A stretch of 64,000 nucleotides of DNA from the human T2T-CHM13v2.0 reference genome, Homo sapiens: the NCBI RefSeq assembly GCF_009914755.1, contig NC_060932.1; one strand, 5' to 3'. Position 1 is the first letter of the stretch. Each line of letters opens with the position of its first letter. The translations under genes and the position numbers were made by a program. This document shows, one piece after another, positions 1-14,434 of the stretch. The notes beneath the pieces were generated by a model. It saw only the letters and a list, made by a program, of their open reading frames with translations, made no database searches and was not told where the DNA came from.

Positions 1-1170
1 ATAGAATTGAAGAGAGTTAGGACATTGCTCCGGGTTAGGCTTTGGCTTAAGATACTGTTGTAGCTGGTTTTATCCTCTATTGAGACCACAAAAATTTTCT
101 CCATATCAGTAATAAGGCTATTTTGCTTTCTTATCATTTGTGTGTTCATTAGAGTAGAACTTTCAATTTCCTTCAAGAACCTTTCCTTCGCATTCACAAC
201 TTAGCCAACTGTTTGATGCAAGACACCTAGCTTTCATCCCATCTCAGCTTTCAACATGCCTTCTTCTTACTCAGCATAATCATTTCTAGCTTTTGATTAA
301 AGTGAGAGATGTATGAAATTTCCTTTCACTTGAACACTTAGATGACATTGTAAGATTATTTTTTTCTAATTTAACCGAGTTTAATTCAAAAAAGGGTAAT
401 TCAAGATTGGGCTGTCTCCCAGGCCAGAATGCTTTCAGAGACATTGTGGCACTTCCACGTGGTTAGAGAAGATTTCTGGGAAGAACAAGGAAAGTGAATG
501 CAAAAACTGAAGTGAGGTACAGAAACAGCTGGACTGGTTACAGCTTGGGGTGTTTGCCTTATTTGAACAGCTGGCTGACTGTGATTGGCTGAAACTCCAT
601 GATTGGCATAAGAGTAGGTTACAGTCTGTTTAGATGTCCAGTTAGGATACAGTTTATTATGTATGAGAAACCTTTAGGCCAAAATTACATGGAGGCAGCT
701 TTAGGCTAAACTTAATGTAACAACCATTGCAGGGTTACTAATTGGACTGATTTCAATGTTGTTGTTTCTCAGGGAACAGGGAGGCTTCAGGAGAGGGGGC
801 GAGATGAGGGAAGGGCCAATAGGTGGAAGGACCAGGACATAAACATTTAGGGATTAAGTTCCCTATCTTACGTGAGCATGGTTTTTGGTGCCCCAAAACC
901 ATTAAAATATCATCCAAGTTCACTGATCACAGATTACAATAACAGACATAATCATGAGGAAATGTTTGAAATATTGTGAGAATTACCAAAATGTGACATA
1001 GAGACATGAAGTGAGCACGCAGTGTTGGAAAAATGGCACGGACAGACTTTGCATAGACTTGCTCAATGCAGGGTTGCTGCAAACCTTCCACTTTTTTCTT
1101 TTCCTTTTTTTTTTTTTTTTTTTAACAAAAAGGCAGTATCTATGAACCACAATAAAATAAGATATGCCTG
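1..1170 (-). mobile_element. Tigger1 DNA transposon (TcMar-Tigger), 5' part, running off the window start and interrupted by an LTR
   Basis: Reverse complement from 1170 reads CAGGCATATCTTATTTTATT..., the Tigger1 terminal inverted repeat, flanked by TA (1171-1172). Bases 1-348 and 723-1170 follow the recalled Tigger1 5' region and decayed transposase start. Confidence 0.9.
349..722 (-). mobile_element. MER57-family solo LTR (ERV1) inserted in Tigger1
   Basis: TG...CA ends. Reverse complement starts TGTTACATTAAGTTTAGCCTAAAGCTGCCTCC and contains CCAAT boxes, as in recalled MER57. Tigger1 is collinear on both sides; degenerate TSD (acat/ccat). Confidence 0.8.
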
Positions 1171-1689
1171 TAAATCACTGTCTTTTAGTTGGAATAATGC
1201 ATGGTTCTCAGGGGACCTAAAAACAGTTTCTGGGCTAGAAATTTGGCTGAGATAGTAAGGAAAACCTGAAATAATATTTTAGAGTAAAGCAAGATCAATA
1301 AACAGAGTTAGAATTCAAATCTGGCACAATTCGATGTGGAACCAGGTCCTCCTTATAGCACCCAGCCATCCCTCTTTCATGGTGCCTGTTTCAGCCTGAG
1401 ACACAATACGGATGTTCACTAAGGAAGGGACTATAACGTAGGCTCCTTGTGTTTCCATTAGATGAATCAGTAACACGCAGAGTTGCTGGTACATTCTGTA
1501 GTTCTTTGCACTAAAAATTTTCACTACCCTTAAGATTTAAAATAGACCACTATCAGAAGGTTTTCACCTGGACATAGTAACTCCTAATAATTGCCCTGAC
1601 AAATTTCAAAAGAAGATCAATTCTCTAACATATAGGAGAGAAGAAAAGCTTACATCAACCTGGGAAGGGTAGCAACCTCTTTCTTTACT

Positions 1690-2030
1690 TCTTCATTCCT
1701 TCAATGTGTATTTACAGGGCATCTATTATATACCTAATACTTTGATAAACTGTAGGAATAAACCAGTGAATAAGTCAGATGTGTTTCAACATATGAGGCT
1801 TACATCTGATAAAGAAGACAAAAACCAGTAGCAATATTAAAAGGAATATTCATAATTGATCCAATGGATCTACTCAAAAATGGCTGTGGGTTTTTCTAGG
1901 GAGTGTTTGTCCTCTGTAATAGGAAGACACAGTGACACAGCCATTCCTTCTTTTAACAAAATTTATTCACCATCTACTGAGCACCAGGCACTGTGTTTTT
2001 TTCGAGATATTTGGACATCAGTGAAATGCA
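1690..2030 (-). mobile_element. Two L2 3'-end relics
   Basis: TTCATTCCTTCAA...TATTT and ...ATTTATTCACCATCTACTGAGCACCAGGCACTGTG resemble L2 3' termini in antisense. Confidence 0.55.
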
Positions 2031-2739
2031 GTAGTCCTGCCTTTTTAAAAGGAAGCCAAATGAATGCTAACCCTCCCTGAATTAGCCACACGTTGTGTAA
2101 TTGAAGACTATGTTGTCCTTCAATTTCAATAAGAACTGCAATGGGTCATTGCAGAGCATGACATTTCTCCCTATGAGATATTACCATAAAAACCATGACA
2201 GGAACATGAAATGCCAGTGGCCTTAATTTCTCCCATGCACACTATATCCACACATAAAACGCTTTGGGTAGAAGTCATACAGATGTGAACCCACAGCAGG
2301 ATGATTTTGAAGTTTCTGTCAAAGGAAAAGAAAGGGAGATAATTGTTTTCCCATTTACGGGCAGCCTGTCCTTGGGTGGTCTCAAACCCAGCCTCTGAGC
2401 TACAGCTGGGCAGGGCAGGGCCAACCCATGTCCACTGCAGGAACAAAGCCCATTGTGCTGGCCTTCATGCATCCTTCACAGTAAGGCTGGAAGTAGAAAA
2501 AATTTAGACGTGGATACCCTGCAATCCAGAGAAATGATTTCTTTTGAAAGTGCCTTGGTCTAGTTCAAGCAGACAATGCAGGAATTGATTTCCTGTCTCT
2601 CCAGTCCCTCTTGTCCTTCCGTTAGCTCCTGCTGAGCTAATGGCTCCTCTTCTGTGGTGCCCGTGAACATCTTTCCTATTGTGGTGACAGTTTCTGTTTA
2701 AGTGTTGGTCTCATGCACAAAACTGTAATATCCAAAATC

Positions 2740-2930
2740 TATATAATAGGTACCACCTGCCAGGCACTTTTGTAAGTGCTTTATGTCCTTTAATCCTGAC
2801 AAAAACTCTATGAGAAAAATATAATTTCTATCTTAATTTTATAGATGTGGAAACTGAGGCATAAAGAGGTTAAATAGCTTGCCCAAGTAGCACATCTAGT
2901 GACAGAGCTAGGATTTGAAACCAGATGCAA
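2740..2930 (-). mobile_element. MIR SINE
   Basis: MIR core TTTTATAGATGTGGAAACTGAGGCATAAAGAGGTTAAATAGCTTGCCCAAG...GGATTTGAAACCAG. Confidence 0.85.
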
Positions 2931-3009
2931 CTACACAGCCCCTCAGTAGCATATAGAAGCCACACAATAAATATTTATTAGCACTCATTTGGTCATTTCA
3001 CTCCACTAG

Positions 3010-3515
<506 letters not shown>

Positions 3516-3825
3516 GACATGATGAAAACAGTGGAGTTGGCACTGGCCCTCTCTACCTTCCCTTTCCAAATCCCTCTTATATTGACAATGCCTCTGCCTA
3601 CTCCTAAATATCCCTGCTCAGGCTCACTCTCCTAGAACCTTAATCTTAGCCTAAATAATCTTTCCTAAAGTGTTGGAAGGTAAGGAACATACTTCCTAGG
3701 ACTCCAGTCTAGGAATCAAGATGTTATCTTTCATTACTAGCCACATAATTTTAAGGTATTTCAGAGCATTTCAGAGTTTGTCTCTTCATTCGTAAAATAC
3801 AATGAGATAAGACAATGACTTATAC

Positions 3826-4032
3826 TTATATTGTCTAATATGGTAGCCACTAGCCACATGTAGCTATTTACATTTAAATTAATTAAAAATTAAATAAAAT
3901 TTAAAATGTAGTTCCTCTATTACACTAGTCACATTTCAGGAACTTGATGGCTACATGAGGCTACAGGCTAACATAATGGATAGACTAATATAGAACTTTT
4001 TCATCAGGCCACCAAGTTCTATTGAACATCAT
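3826..4032. mobile_element. MER3 hAT-Charlie MITE
   Basis: GTCTAATATGGTAGCCACTAGCCACATGTAGCTATT...AAGTTCTATTGAACA, about 200 bp. Confidence 0.8.
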
Positions 4033-5549
4033 GAATCCTATGCTCAAGTGAGATCAGCTCAAGTGAGACCAGATATCTGAAGACCTTTTCATTTTCGCCA
4101 CCCTCAAATGAAGGCATGCAAGGTATGTAGCCATCTTTATTTTTCTATTATTTAACTTCATTTTTCCTTTGTGCCCTCATCAGCCTTTCATTTTAGGCAA
4201 ATAAAACCCTTTAAATTTGGAACACAGGCACTTTGGAATTTTCCCCTTGAAATGCTTCTCCTTCAGATAGCACATAAGTTTTAGGCATCATAACAATTTG
4301 GGCTTGCACCCAGGCCTCAACACCTTCTAGGCTGGAGCCCCTCCAAGAACTAATCTGTGTTAGTGGTACCCTTTAATTAAAGCTTGTGTGTATGTATATA
4401 TGTGCATACATGCTTATGGGGTAATGGGATGGAATGACAGAAAAGGGAGAGGGTATAAGAATCCGGAGAAAATTGTTTCATCTGCTTTGCACTTTTTGAA
4501 CGATACTCCATAGATAGTCACCTACAAAGCATCAGGGAACGTGTATCTGGGTTCTATGGGAGTGAGTTCTCAAAGTCATAAAAAATGTCTCCCACCTATC
4601 AGTTTTCATTAATGAAAATGTCAGTGACAGCTGAATAATTTTCATAAACCATTCATTCAAGGTATTTATTAGCAAGAAACAAATTGCTGTCTTTTTATTT
4701 TTTGTAATCATTTATTCATAATGCTAGCCTTTGGTCAGACAATGGCCTCTTTTAAAACACAAATAATCAACATGTTCTGAATCCTGGACATATTCTGTTT
4801 AGGGAGTTGCTTCTTATGATTGGCACTATCACAGCCTTGCTTCAGTTTATTACACTGTTGGTAAGTGGAATCACTAAAGCTGTCACATCAAAAGCCTTCT
4901 GGATTTTCAGAATCCTTCACTAGCATTCTTCTCTGACAAGAAATGAATTGTTCTTTTGTTGTTGCATAATCTGATTGACAAGACTAACATGAATAGGGTC
5001 TATTGCATGGAGGAAATTAGGAACCATTTCTCTTGTCAAAATTTCTGTCTTTGCTTTTGTCTTTCCTGTCTAAGCACAGATATGGTCACAGTAAGTAGTG
5101 GGCAGCCTACAAAGGCAGTGGTGCAGCTTAAAGAGCACACGTCATCACCTTGTTTTCCTGGGGAGCCATAACCTGAAAAAGAAGGGCAGGGTCCATGCTA
5201 TAACTATGAAGCTGCCAGGTACCCTTCAAGATGACAATTTCTGTTTCTACCATTCTTTTCTCACTTTCCATCATTTCATGTTAAATAACAAAGGAGTTCT
5301 TGTGGAGTGTTATATAAAATTCTGCGTGTTAAAGAGACAGATTATAAGCCTTTTGTATTTTTCTCTCACCAGTATTAGCAATAAGTAAGACATTTCTAGG
5401 AAACAAATTTAGGAACTATATGTCACTAAGAAACAGTAACCCACACTATGGGCAAATCATGTAACCTCTTCAGGCAACAGTGTTTTCATTGGCAAAGGAG
5501 TTTTGAAACAGCTATTTTGCAGAGGTCTTATAAGTAATAAGTGACAAAA

Positions 5550-5767
5550 ATGGGAGTGAGGATTGCATAGTGGGAAGAACTCAGAATCTGGTTTCACACA
5601 GCACTGGATCTGAGTGCTAGCTATACTACTTACTAGTTTCATGATCTTGGAAAAATTACATGAATCCTGCGAATTTAATGAGGAAATGCTTACAAAGCAT
5701 GAAGCACAGTGCCTGGCAAAAAACAAATTCCCTGTGTTTGGTAGCTGTTTATTATAATTATTATTAC
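5550..5767 (+). mobile_element. MIR with internal deletion
   Basis: tRNA-like head, ACTTACTAG...CTTGG, and 3' end GCACAGTGCCTGGCA...AGCTGTTTATTAT. Confidence 0.75.
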
Positions 5768-6207
5768 AAAAAGTATGTGAAAATATCTGACACAACATAT
5801 GTTACATAGAAACACAAAAATAGTGTTTTCTTCCTTTTCTAGTTTTTTTCCCTCCTTTTTTCCTAATGTATATTAAGGTTTTGACATTGGAAAATGTGTC
5901 ATGGCAAATGTTCTAACTAGTACCCTCAGTGTCTCCTGGTGCAGGAAGCAAAAATCAGATTATCAGTTCTATCTTGACAAGGACAATATACTATTTTCTC
6001 ATTAAAATCTTATGAGAACAGATAGACCAGCAAAATGTGTATTTCAAGTAATATTAGTTTGTTAATTCTTTCTCATTGGCTGGTCCTGGTTTTATTAACA
6101 AATATATTTTCTATTTTTTTAATGGAAATATTTCAGGCCTTTTAAAACTGAGGATTTTTTCTCTGGAAATGGTTAATTAAATCAGTGAGGAGAGAAAATA
6201 TTAACAG

Positions 6208-6610
6208 GATCTACTCAAAATATATGAAAACATATGTCCACAAACAATCAACCAACCAACAAACAAAAACTTGAAGAATAATAATCTTCAAAACATTCTT
6301 CATAGTGGCCCCTAAATGGAAAAAATCCAAATGGTCATCAAAAGAAAAATGAGTAAGAAACTGTACTATATTCATACAATGGACTACTACTCGGCACACA
6401 AAGGGGAATGAACTACTGATGAAGGCATTAACATGGATGAACCTCAATATATTTATGTTGAGTAAAAAATACAGGAAGAAGGAAGTACATATTATATTAT
6501 ATGGTTCCATTTACAGAAAGTTCTAGAACAGGCAAAACCATCCATGGTGATATAAATCAGGATGAGATTGCCTCTGGGAAGGGAGAGGGAAATAATCGAC
6601 TTGAAAGGTC
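6208..6610 (+). mobile_element. Old L1M (L1MC/ME-type) ORF2-end/3'UTR fragment
   Basis: CATACAATGGACTACTACTC...ACATGGATGAACCTCAA...TTCCATTTACAGAAAGTTCTAGAACAGGCAAAAC. Confidence 0.8.
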
Positions 6611-7351
6611 ATAACCCAGAGAGTAACACAATAAAATATAACACAATAAAATATAAGTGCTCTCATAGGAGACACTGTGATATTTTAAATGATTGCTGAA
6701 AGAACTAATATTCTTAAGAATAAAATACTATGAAATCCAGGCCCTCTGGGCTTTTAATGATGAAAAAAATATTCTGTCTTCTGGGGAACCCAAAAACTAA
6801 CTTTAGTCTACTAAGTGTCAACAAAGTTGTAAATGTCAATTAATGAACTGTCAATCTTGACTCATAGCCTCAATATTTTTTTAGTTGTTCTTTGGGACCA
6901 GCATTGATCAAATGAAGAAGCAATTTCCCAATTCCTTCTCTTGAACTTTTATTCTCTCTGGTTTATTTTGTAATTGACTTTTATTTTATACATGTTAAAC
7001 CACCCTTTTCCTTATAACTTAAAGACAAGAATATAAATTTGAATTATAATTTACATTTTCTTGAGATGTTGGCTAGATAGACAGCTTTAATTTTTCTTTC
7101 ATTAATGAATACTTAAATTTAGTTTATACCTTTTACACAAAGACACAGGTAGGATTTAGGAATGGATTTTATTCTACTTTCAAATATTGGCTTTGTCATT
7201 GTAATTCTGTATTTGTCAGGTTCAGAAGTAGTTATGTGACTTTTGAGCCACCTGGTACCACTGCTTTAGTTTGGGAGGAGCTGCAGAAATAGAATCCAGC
7301 GTTTTCAGACCAATCATTCCTGATTCTGACTTTTAGTTCAATCTTAGACAT

Positions 7352-7854
<503 letters not shown>

Positions 7855-9244
7855 GACATTTGTGTATAATTTCTGACATATTAAAATGGATGCAACATCA
7901 AAGACTAAATTTAATTACACTAGAAGTAAGCCAGCCATGTATTCAAAAATTGCATGTGTTTCATCAAATGTTGAGTTTTAGAAGGAGCTATGGACCAAAA
8001 GCAAGACTTGTAACACAAGTCTGAATTTCACCCCTTGTTGGCTGTGTGAACTTACACACTTCCTATAAATTCTCTAGGCCAAGTTTCATAAACTTTCTTT
8101 CTCCCCAGTAAGTTAGGGTTGAGGTTGAAAATTTGGGCATTAGGTCAGGTAGTCTGATTATGGATAAGTTATGAAAGCTTAATAAGTGATAATGGTGACA
8201 TAATATATTACAAAACACTTAGCATACTGGTCAATAAAAAAGTGGTAGCTATAATTATTGTTCATAGCCATTTAATTATTATGCATAACAAAACAATATA
8301 GAATTACATAATTGGTACTTTATCATTATTGCAGAAATGTGTTGACTGGAATAATAAAATCACTAATAGCATGGATGTAAAGCTTGGCCAAACACCAGGC
8401 CTGCAGTGACAACTAAAGAGAACTTGTCAAAAAGATACTCAAGAGGCTGCTATTCAGGGAACCCATAGGGGCACAGCAGGATTCACTGTTGCAAGGATAC
8501 CACGTTAAGTACAGGCAGGTATTATTTGCCAGCCCAATTTGCAGCAATCAGGACTCAGCGATGGTCTCCTAGGGCCAGTCATCACTGAGATGTCTAGGCC
8601 CTGAGGCACTTGGTGCTGTTGCTACCACATGTAACAAGAAATAAAGATACTTGGTGGAGACTTTGCAACATAATGTACCCAATATTTTAAATCTTTTATT
8701 TTGCAACATAAAATACATCACATTTTACCTACCTAAATCAATAGAGAATGTTATTTGCTGTATCATATATCACAGCCACCAAGGTTGGATGATGAGCTAC
8801 AGCCAAGAATTCCTACCCAGGGTGGGAGATTGGACCAGTTGGAATGTAAAGATTTCCTCAGACTCGAGATTCTGTGATTATATAATCATTGAAAGTTCAA
8901 AATTATTTTCAACTAAAGCAGTTATCATGAAACCTGTCACCAATTACTAAGTTCTACAGTCACTACATATATATACGCACATATATTAATTAATTAAATA
9001 TATATGTACTTAATTCTGGAAAGAAAAAGGATGCAGCTGACTCTAATTGTGGCTGCTTGGATGAGAGTCACACGTGAGTTAGTAAACATGATGCATGGTT
9101 TGAAAAAGCGGATTAAGCTCTGTTAGAATTAAATGATTATTTTCTTGGAAAATATGTTAGTGACAGGTAAATCAAAATTAGGTTGCTGAGTAAGGCCCCA
9201 GACTACACTAAAGGGCTTTGACAATACTAATCAATATTTATTAC

Positions 9245-9432
9245 ACTATATTGACTTTAAAAAATTAAATTTTAAAAAATTAACCACAATGAAGTTAGGA
9301 TACATCTTAAAAGCAATGACAACTCAAAATTACCATCAGTCATGGGATAGACATGATACAGTTGTGTGAAAACCTTTTGGTAAGATAAAGAAAACTCCAG
9401 CATCAATATGTATGAAATTTGATGAAATACAG
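9245..9432. mobile_element. Possible TcMar-Tc2 (MER104/Kanga-like) MITE relic
   Basis: End TTTGATGAAATACAG and internal GAAGTTAGGATACATCTTA resemble recalled MER104/Kanga; highly diverged. Confidence 0.3.
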
Positions 9433-9571
9433 GTCAGTGCCCAGGGGTATAATGTGGCAGTAATGGGAGCACTATGCAGAATGTTCCAGTCTGCTTGTTC
9501 TTTCCTGAACTGGATGGGCTTTTTGGGCAGTAAAAGAGGTCATGAAAAGTTTGTTGTAGACAAAACACAGA

Positions 9572-9812
9572 CGAGCACAGTGGGTAAAGTTGTGGGCTTT
9601 GGATATAGAGAGCTCACTCCAAGTGCCTCTCCTGCCATTCACTAGCACTATGTATTTGCCATGCTCTTTAATCTCTGCACATCAGTTTTTTTTTTAAGTG
9701 GAAATGCTAAAAATAGTACTTAACTCATTGATATGTAAGAATTAAATAAGATTATTCATTTCAGAGTTTAGCTTAGTGGGACACAGTAAGAATTCAATAA
9801 ATATAAGCTCAT
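9572..9812 (+). mobile_element. MIR, near full length
   Basis: AGCACAGTGGGTAAAG...GGCTTTGGA...TTTAATCTCTGCACATCAGTTT...ACACAGTAAGAATTCAATAAATATAAGC. Confidence 0.8.
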
Positions 9813-11294
9813 TGAGCTTTCTAATGCTTTTGTGCAAAAGCCATATTTAGGAAACAAGGCTCAAGGGCTGCGTCAGCTCCTGCCTATGGAGTTGACATTT
9901 GTTGACTCTGGACACAAGAATGGAAATGTGAAAGTACAATTTACGCAAAGATCTGATTGAGTTTGTGGACAAGCAACCCATGACATAATTTTGATAGCTG
10001 ATTATTGCTCAGTAAGTGATTTGACTCTTGAAAAAGAATGCTTTTATTAATCCACTGTTAAACTGCAATTATTAGCTAGTATTGAAATTTATATTCTTCC
10101 TGTTAAGTAACCCCCAAACCTAAAAATTTAGACCAGAACCAAATATTTCAATTTTTACAGCACACCAGTGCTGTAAAATACTTTGTCTCATTTAGCTTTA
10201 GGTCAGAATAGCTACATATTGCTAAGGCAATGAATGATGGTTACCAAGTGTTTATAAAGTCCTTGTACAAGTTTAAAATCAAATAACTTTGAATGGACAC
10301 AATGGAGACAACTGTAAGCACCATATGGAAGCATATGATTAACATGCTAATATTCTGAATGCACATTTTAATGTTTTATTTTATTCACAAATCATACACA
10401 ATGGCTGTGAATACTTTTTTGAGAGCGCACCAGTTGGTGAATATTCTTTCATAATGTTGCAGTATTTCTTTATTATGAACCATGAAAATGGGGCCTTTCC
10501 AACAGCAACTTCCTCAAGCAGCAATGTGCTTACTTACAGGATGCTTCAAATATGCAACAAAAGAATGATAATGACTTTTCAAGAGGAGCGAATTTGTAGG
10601 AGGACAGAATTGCTTATCCATATACTTTCACCCAAGCTTTCCCATTTGGATAATTTCTATTTCAAGGAGTTATCTTAACCCTATGAAATGCATCATAGCC
10701 ATAAAAAAATCAAATGCTTGAGATCAGTAACTCAAATTTAATTCAGGACATAGCATCAACTGGAGAGTACTTGAGCAAGTTGGAAAATCAGAATTCAAGG
10801 TGTTTTATTACAGATCTCACAGTGTGCAGTTCTCACTAGTTATTCACCTCCAGAAGGAAGTCCATCCTCTAGGAGGCTCTTCTAAACATGCATAGGCATA
10901 GTGTGGAAGCCATCACACTCTTAATACCACACTATATATTTGAGGCTTTGATCAGATTTAAATAAAGACAGTATTAGAATGAAAACCTTACTAGATTTTA
11001 TTGTTTGTTACCCATCAGAAAGCAGAGCAATTATACACAAAGCTACATATTTGAGCCATGGTCTTAAAAAAATCTGTAAAGTATATGTTCAAGTGACATT
11101 CACAACTTTTTTTTTATCAGGAGTACATAGGTGTTTCTGAAACTCAATTTCACATATTCAATACACTACAACCTGAAAGGACACGGATTTTTCTGCTTGA
11201 ACATAGCAATGAAATTTCTTAGCTAAATCTTTTAGGCACATGTTTTCCTTCTAATTATAGGTGTTCTAATATGTACATTGTTATTTTACTGCTA

Positions 11295-11500
11295 AAAAAT
11301 TACCATTTGTTGAGCTATTACTATGGGTCAAATGCTGAGTTAAGTGCTTAATGAATATATTTGCTCGAAAAATATCCACAATGTCTCTATGAGGTGGTTA
11401 TTTCTTTTATCAGATGAAGAAGAGTAAAGACTGTTTAAGCAGCCTGTTAAAGGCCAGCCATGAGGCTATAACTGACAGAATGGAGAGTCAAACCCAAGAC
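11295..11500 (-). mobile_element. MIR relic
   Basis: CCATTTGTTGAGCTATTACTATG...AAGTGCTT...CTCTATGAGGT...CAGATGAAGAA. Confidence 0.65.
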
Positions 11501-11889
11501 TGAGATGGCCATGTATACTGTGAAAAAGAATTTGGGTTTTTTAAAAAATGCCGTGAATATTAAGCAGGTTACTGAAGGTGTTTTGGCAAGAGAGAAAGAG
11601 AAGAGAGTCTGTATCTTGAATATACCCAAAACCCCACCTGCAGGAATGATAAAATCCTTGGGCTAGAAAAAACATGAAGCTCATTGGCACAAAATGTCAT
11701 GATGTTCATCTTTCCAGGTCCCATGTCACTCTCTGCTACAGAATACTAGCAATATGTACTCCTTGCTTTCCTAGAAGGACATGATAATAAGATCTTTCTG
11801 CCTCCCTTTGCAGTATTGTTTGCAGCCACTCATCACCCCACTGGCTGCTCCCCAGCCACCTGAGTAGCTTTCTGTTCCACACACTCGCC

Positions 11890-12157
11890 AGTATCTTGTG
11901 TATGTATTGCAGGATCTGTATACACAGTTCCCTGTGCCTAGACTTGTTAGCACCTCTTCGTCCTTCAGATGTGGGTTGTCCTTCCCCAGCATTCTATTTT
12001 CTCTCACAAGGTCTTAGTTTGAGTTCCCCTGAGTTCCTCACTAACCTATGAGCCCTGAAACAATGAGAACCCAGATTTTTGTGCATCATTGTTTCCTTAG
12101 CAGCCTGACCATGTTTCCTGGCCTGTAATCAGAACACAATAAATGTTGCTGACTGAA
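11890..12157 (+). mobile_element. L2 3' end
   Basis: ...TTTCCTGGCCTGTAATCAGAACACAATAAATGTTGCTGACTGAA terminus. Confidence 0.6.
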
Positions 12158-14184
12158 AAAATGTAATTGATTTAAGCTTCCCTACAAATCTTTCAATTTA
12201 TGTTAATTGTGAGAAGCTCAGCATCTTCTCAAGGGCTTTTTCTCATCCCCGCAGTGGAAGCCTCTTTAAGCAAGTCTCTCTTCTCTGCATATGTAGGCTT
12301 TAGCTCTGGGGAACCTCAGCCTTCTCTGTCTTTAAGTTAGGGGTGATCAACCTACAAAGTACCTTGTGTCTTCTCTGAGAATCACATTCCTTTTCTGCTG
12401 GGATTCTCTTTACCAGAAGAGGTGGATTCACTCCCCAGTTATCGAGGATCACTTGTGCAGGAGTCAGAATTGTCATTCTCATAGTGGCATCTTTGATCAT
12501 TCAATAGCTTACTCTTGGACCCATCGTACAAAATTAAGGAACAAAATAATCCAAAAATAGTCATGGTTTGCACTGTCTTCTAAGTTTCAAGCACAATAAT
12601 TAGGTATGGGAGACTCGTGCATTCATCAAACCTCACTAGACATTAGGCTCTTGGAATGCTAGGATGACTTGTCATTCTCATCCTCCTCCTCATCATCATC
12701 ACTGTCATCACCAAAAATAACAGTTATCATTTTTAAACACCTACTATGTACAAAGGACTGTACTAGAACTTTTATCTATTTTGTCCTTACAACAGCTTTA
12801 TAGAATGGGCATCAGCCCTCTTTGAAAATGAAGACATTTCTGCTGAGAGTGAATTATCTAGCCCAGGTCACTGAGCTAGTACATGAAAGGGCTGTACTGC
12901 CTTTCATCTTTTAATACCCAGCAGCTAGCACAATGCCTGGCATGTAGCAGGCACTCACCCAGTAGAAACTGAGTGCCAGGGCTTCACCACATGCTGGGAT
13001 ACAGTGAAACTCAAAATAAAGTAAATGACCCCAACCTCTGCCTGTCATGGGCTACTTTACCTGTGCCTACAGCCACCCTATGCTATGCTAGACCTTGTTA
13101 ACCAGATAGAGAGATAACTTAGAACCTATATTATGGCCACCATAACATAGGTGGACATAGGGCATATGACATTGGTGGAATAACATAGCCAGAAAGTATT
13201 GGAGGAGAGAAGAGATGCACAGAAAGAAATGATTGGAGACAGAGACACTTAACCTCTGCTCTCTCATGACTCTCCAGAAAGGCCTCCACACACTCACATC
13301 ACACAGAGAATACAGATCATTTACCTACAATGTTACCAGAACCTTATGTCCCCCAAAACAGGGTTCAAGACTGAAGAGAACATATACAAAACAGGAAGAA
13401 AAGATTATGGAAGGCAGTGGGAAATAGAGTTAGAAAAAGTCAGCCTCGCTTAGCACATTCCTTTGTAAGAAAGTTAAAAAGTGCAGAATGGGGCAATGGT
13501 ACACTTGATCATGTCCATTGTTGTTTTTAATTGGATTTTTTGAAAACAAGTTCTAATTTCATTGAAATTTCTGACTATTCTTGTGAGGTTTTCAATCTTT
13601 TCTCCTGGTCACTTCTTTTATGTGGTTTTTCAGAAGATGTAGTTTTATGAAATAACTAGCTTCACAGTAGAGTTACGTCTTTTTTTTCTTTAAGAAATTG
13701 CCTTTGATCTTGATTTCATAATAGTTAGGTGAAGTGCTAAAAGAAGTTTAAAAGTTCATACAAATTGGAAATGAAAAAAAATCAGAAGTTGTAATCATTT
13801 TCTTCACCTTTGGAAAGACCCCAGAGAGCTCCCAGTATAAACTTAACTGGAGGCTATTATTATGAGCACTCTAGGAGAATGAGTTTTTACCCAATTCTAT
13901 CATTTTTCTGGCAGGTACTTTTTTTCCAAAGCCCTCCACAAAATGAAGTGGGTATTTTAAAGATAATCCTCAGTTCTATGAGAGTAGATAATAAATACTT
14001 GTTGAATGAATGGGTCAGTTATTAATAATAAAGGGTAGAAGACGAGACAATAAAAAGGGGATAATTGAAAAAGCATTATATTTGTTATTTCATCATCCTT
14101 TAATTTTTACAACAGAGTTGTGTGCATCCCCTACTGTGAGTCAGACACTGGAAATGCTGCAGCCAGAATGACAGCTCACACAAA

Positions 14185-14400
14185 TATAAGTGCGAAGCAT
14201 GTTCTGAGCATTTACATATGTTAATTTACTTGATCCTCACAATGCTATAAGGTAAATACTCTTATTATTCCCATTTTACATATGAGGACACTGGGGCACA
14301 GAAGGGTTAGGTAACTTTCACTGAGTCACACGGCCAAGAAGTGGCAGCACTGATATTTGAACCCAAGCACTCTGGCCGCAGTGTCTGTGCACATAGCTAC
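14185..14400 (-). mobile_element. MIR
   Basis: CCCATTTTACATATGAGGACACTGGGGCACAGAAGGGTTAGGTAACTT...ATTTGAACCCAAGCACTCTGG. Confidence 0.85.
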
Positions 14401-14434
14401 TAGTCGGTACTGCCTCCAATAAAACCAACAAGCT

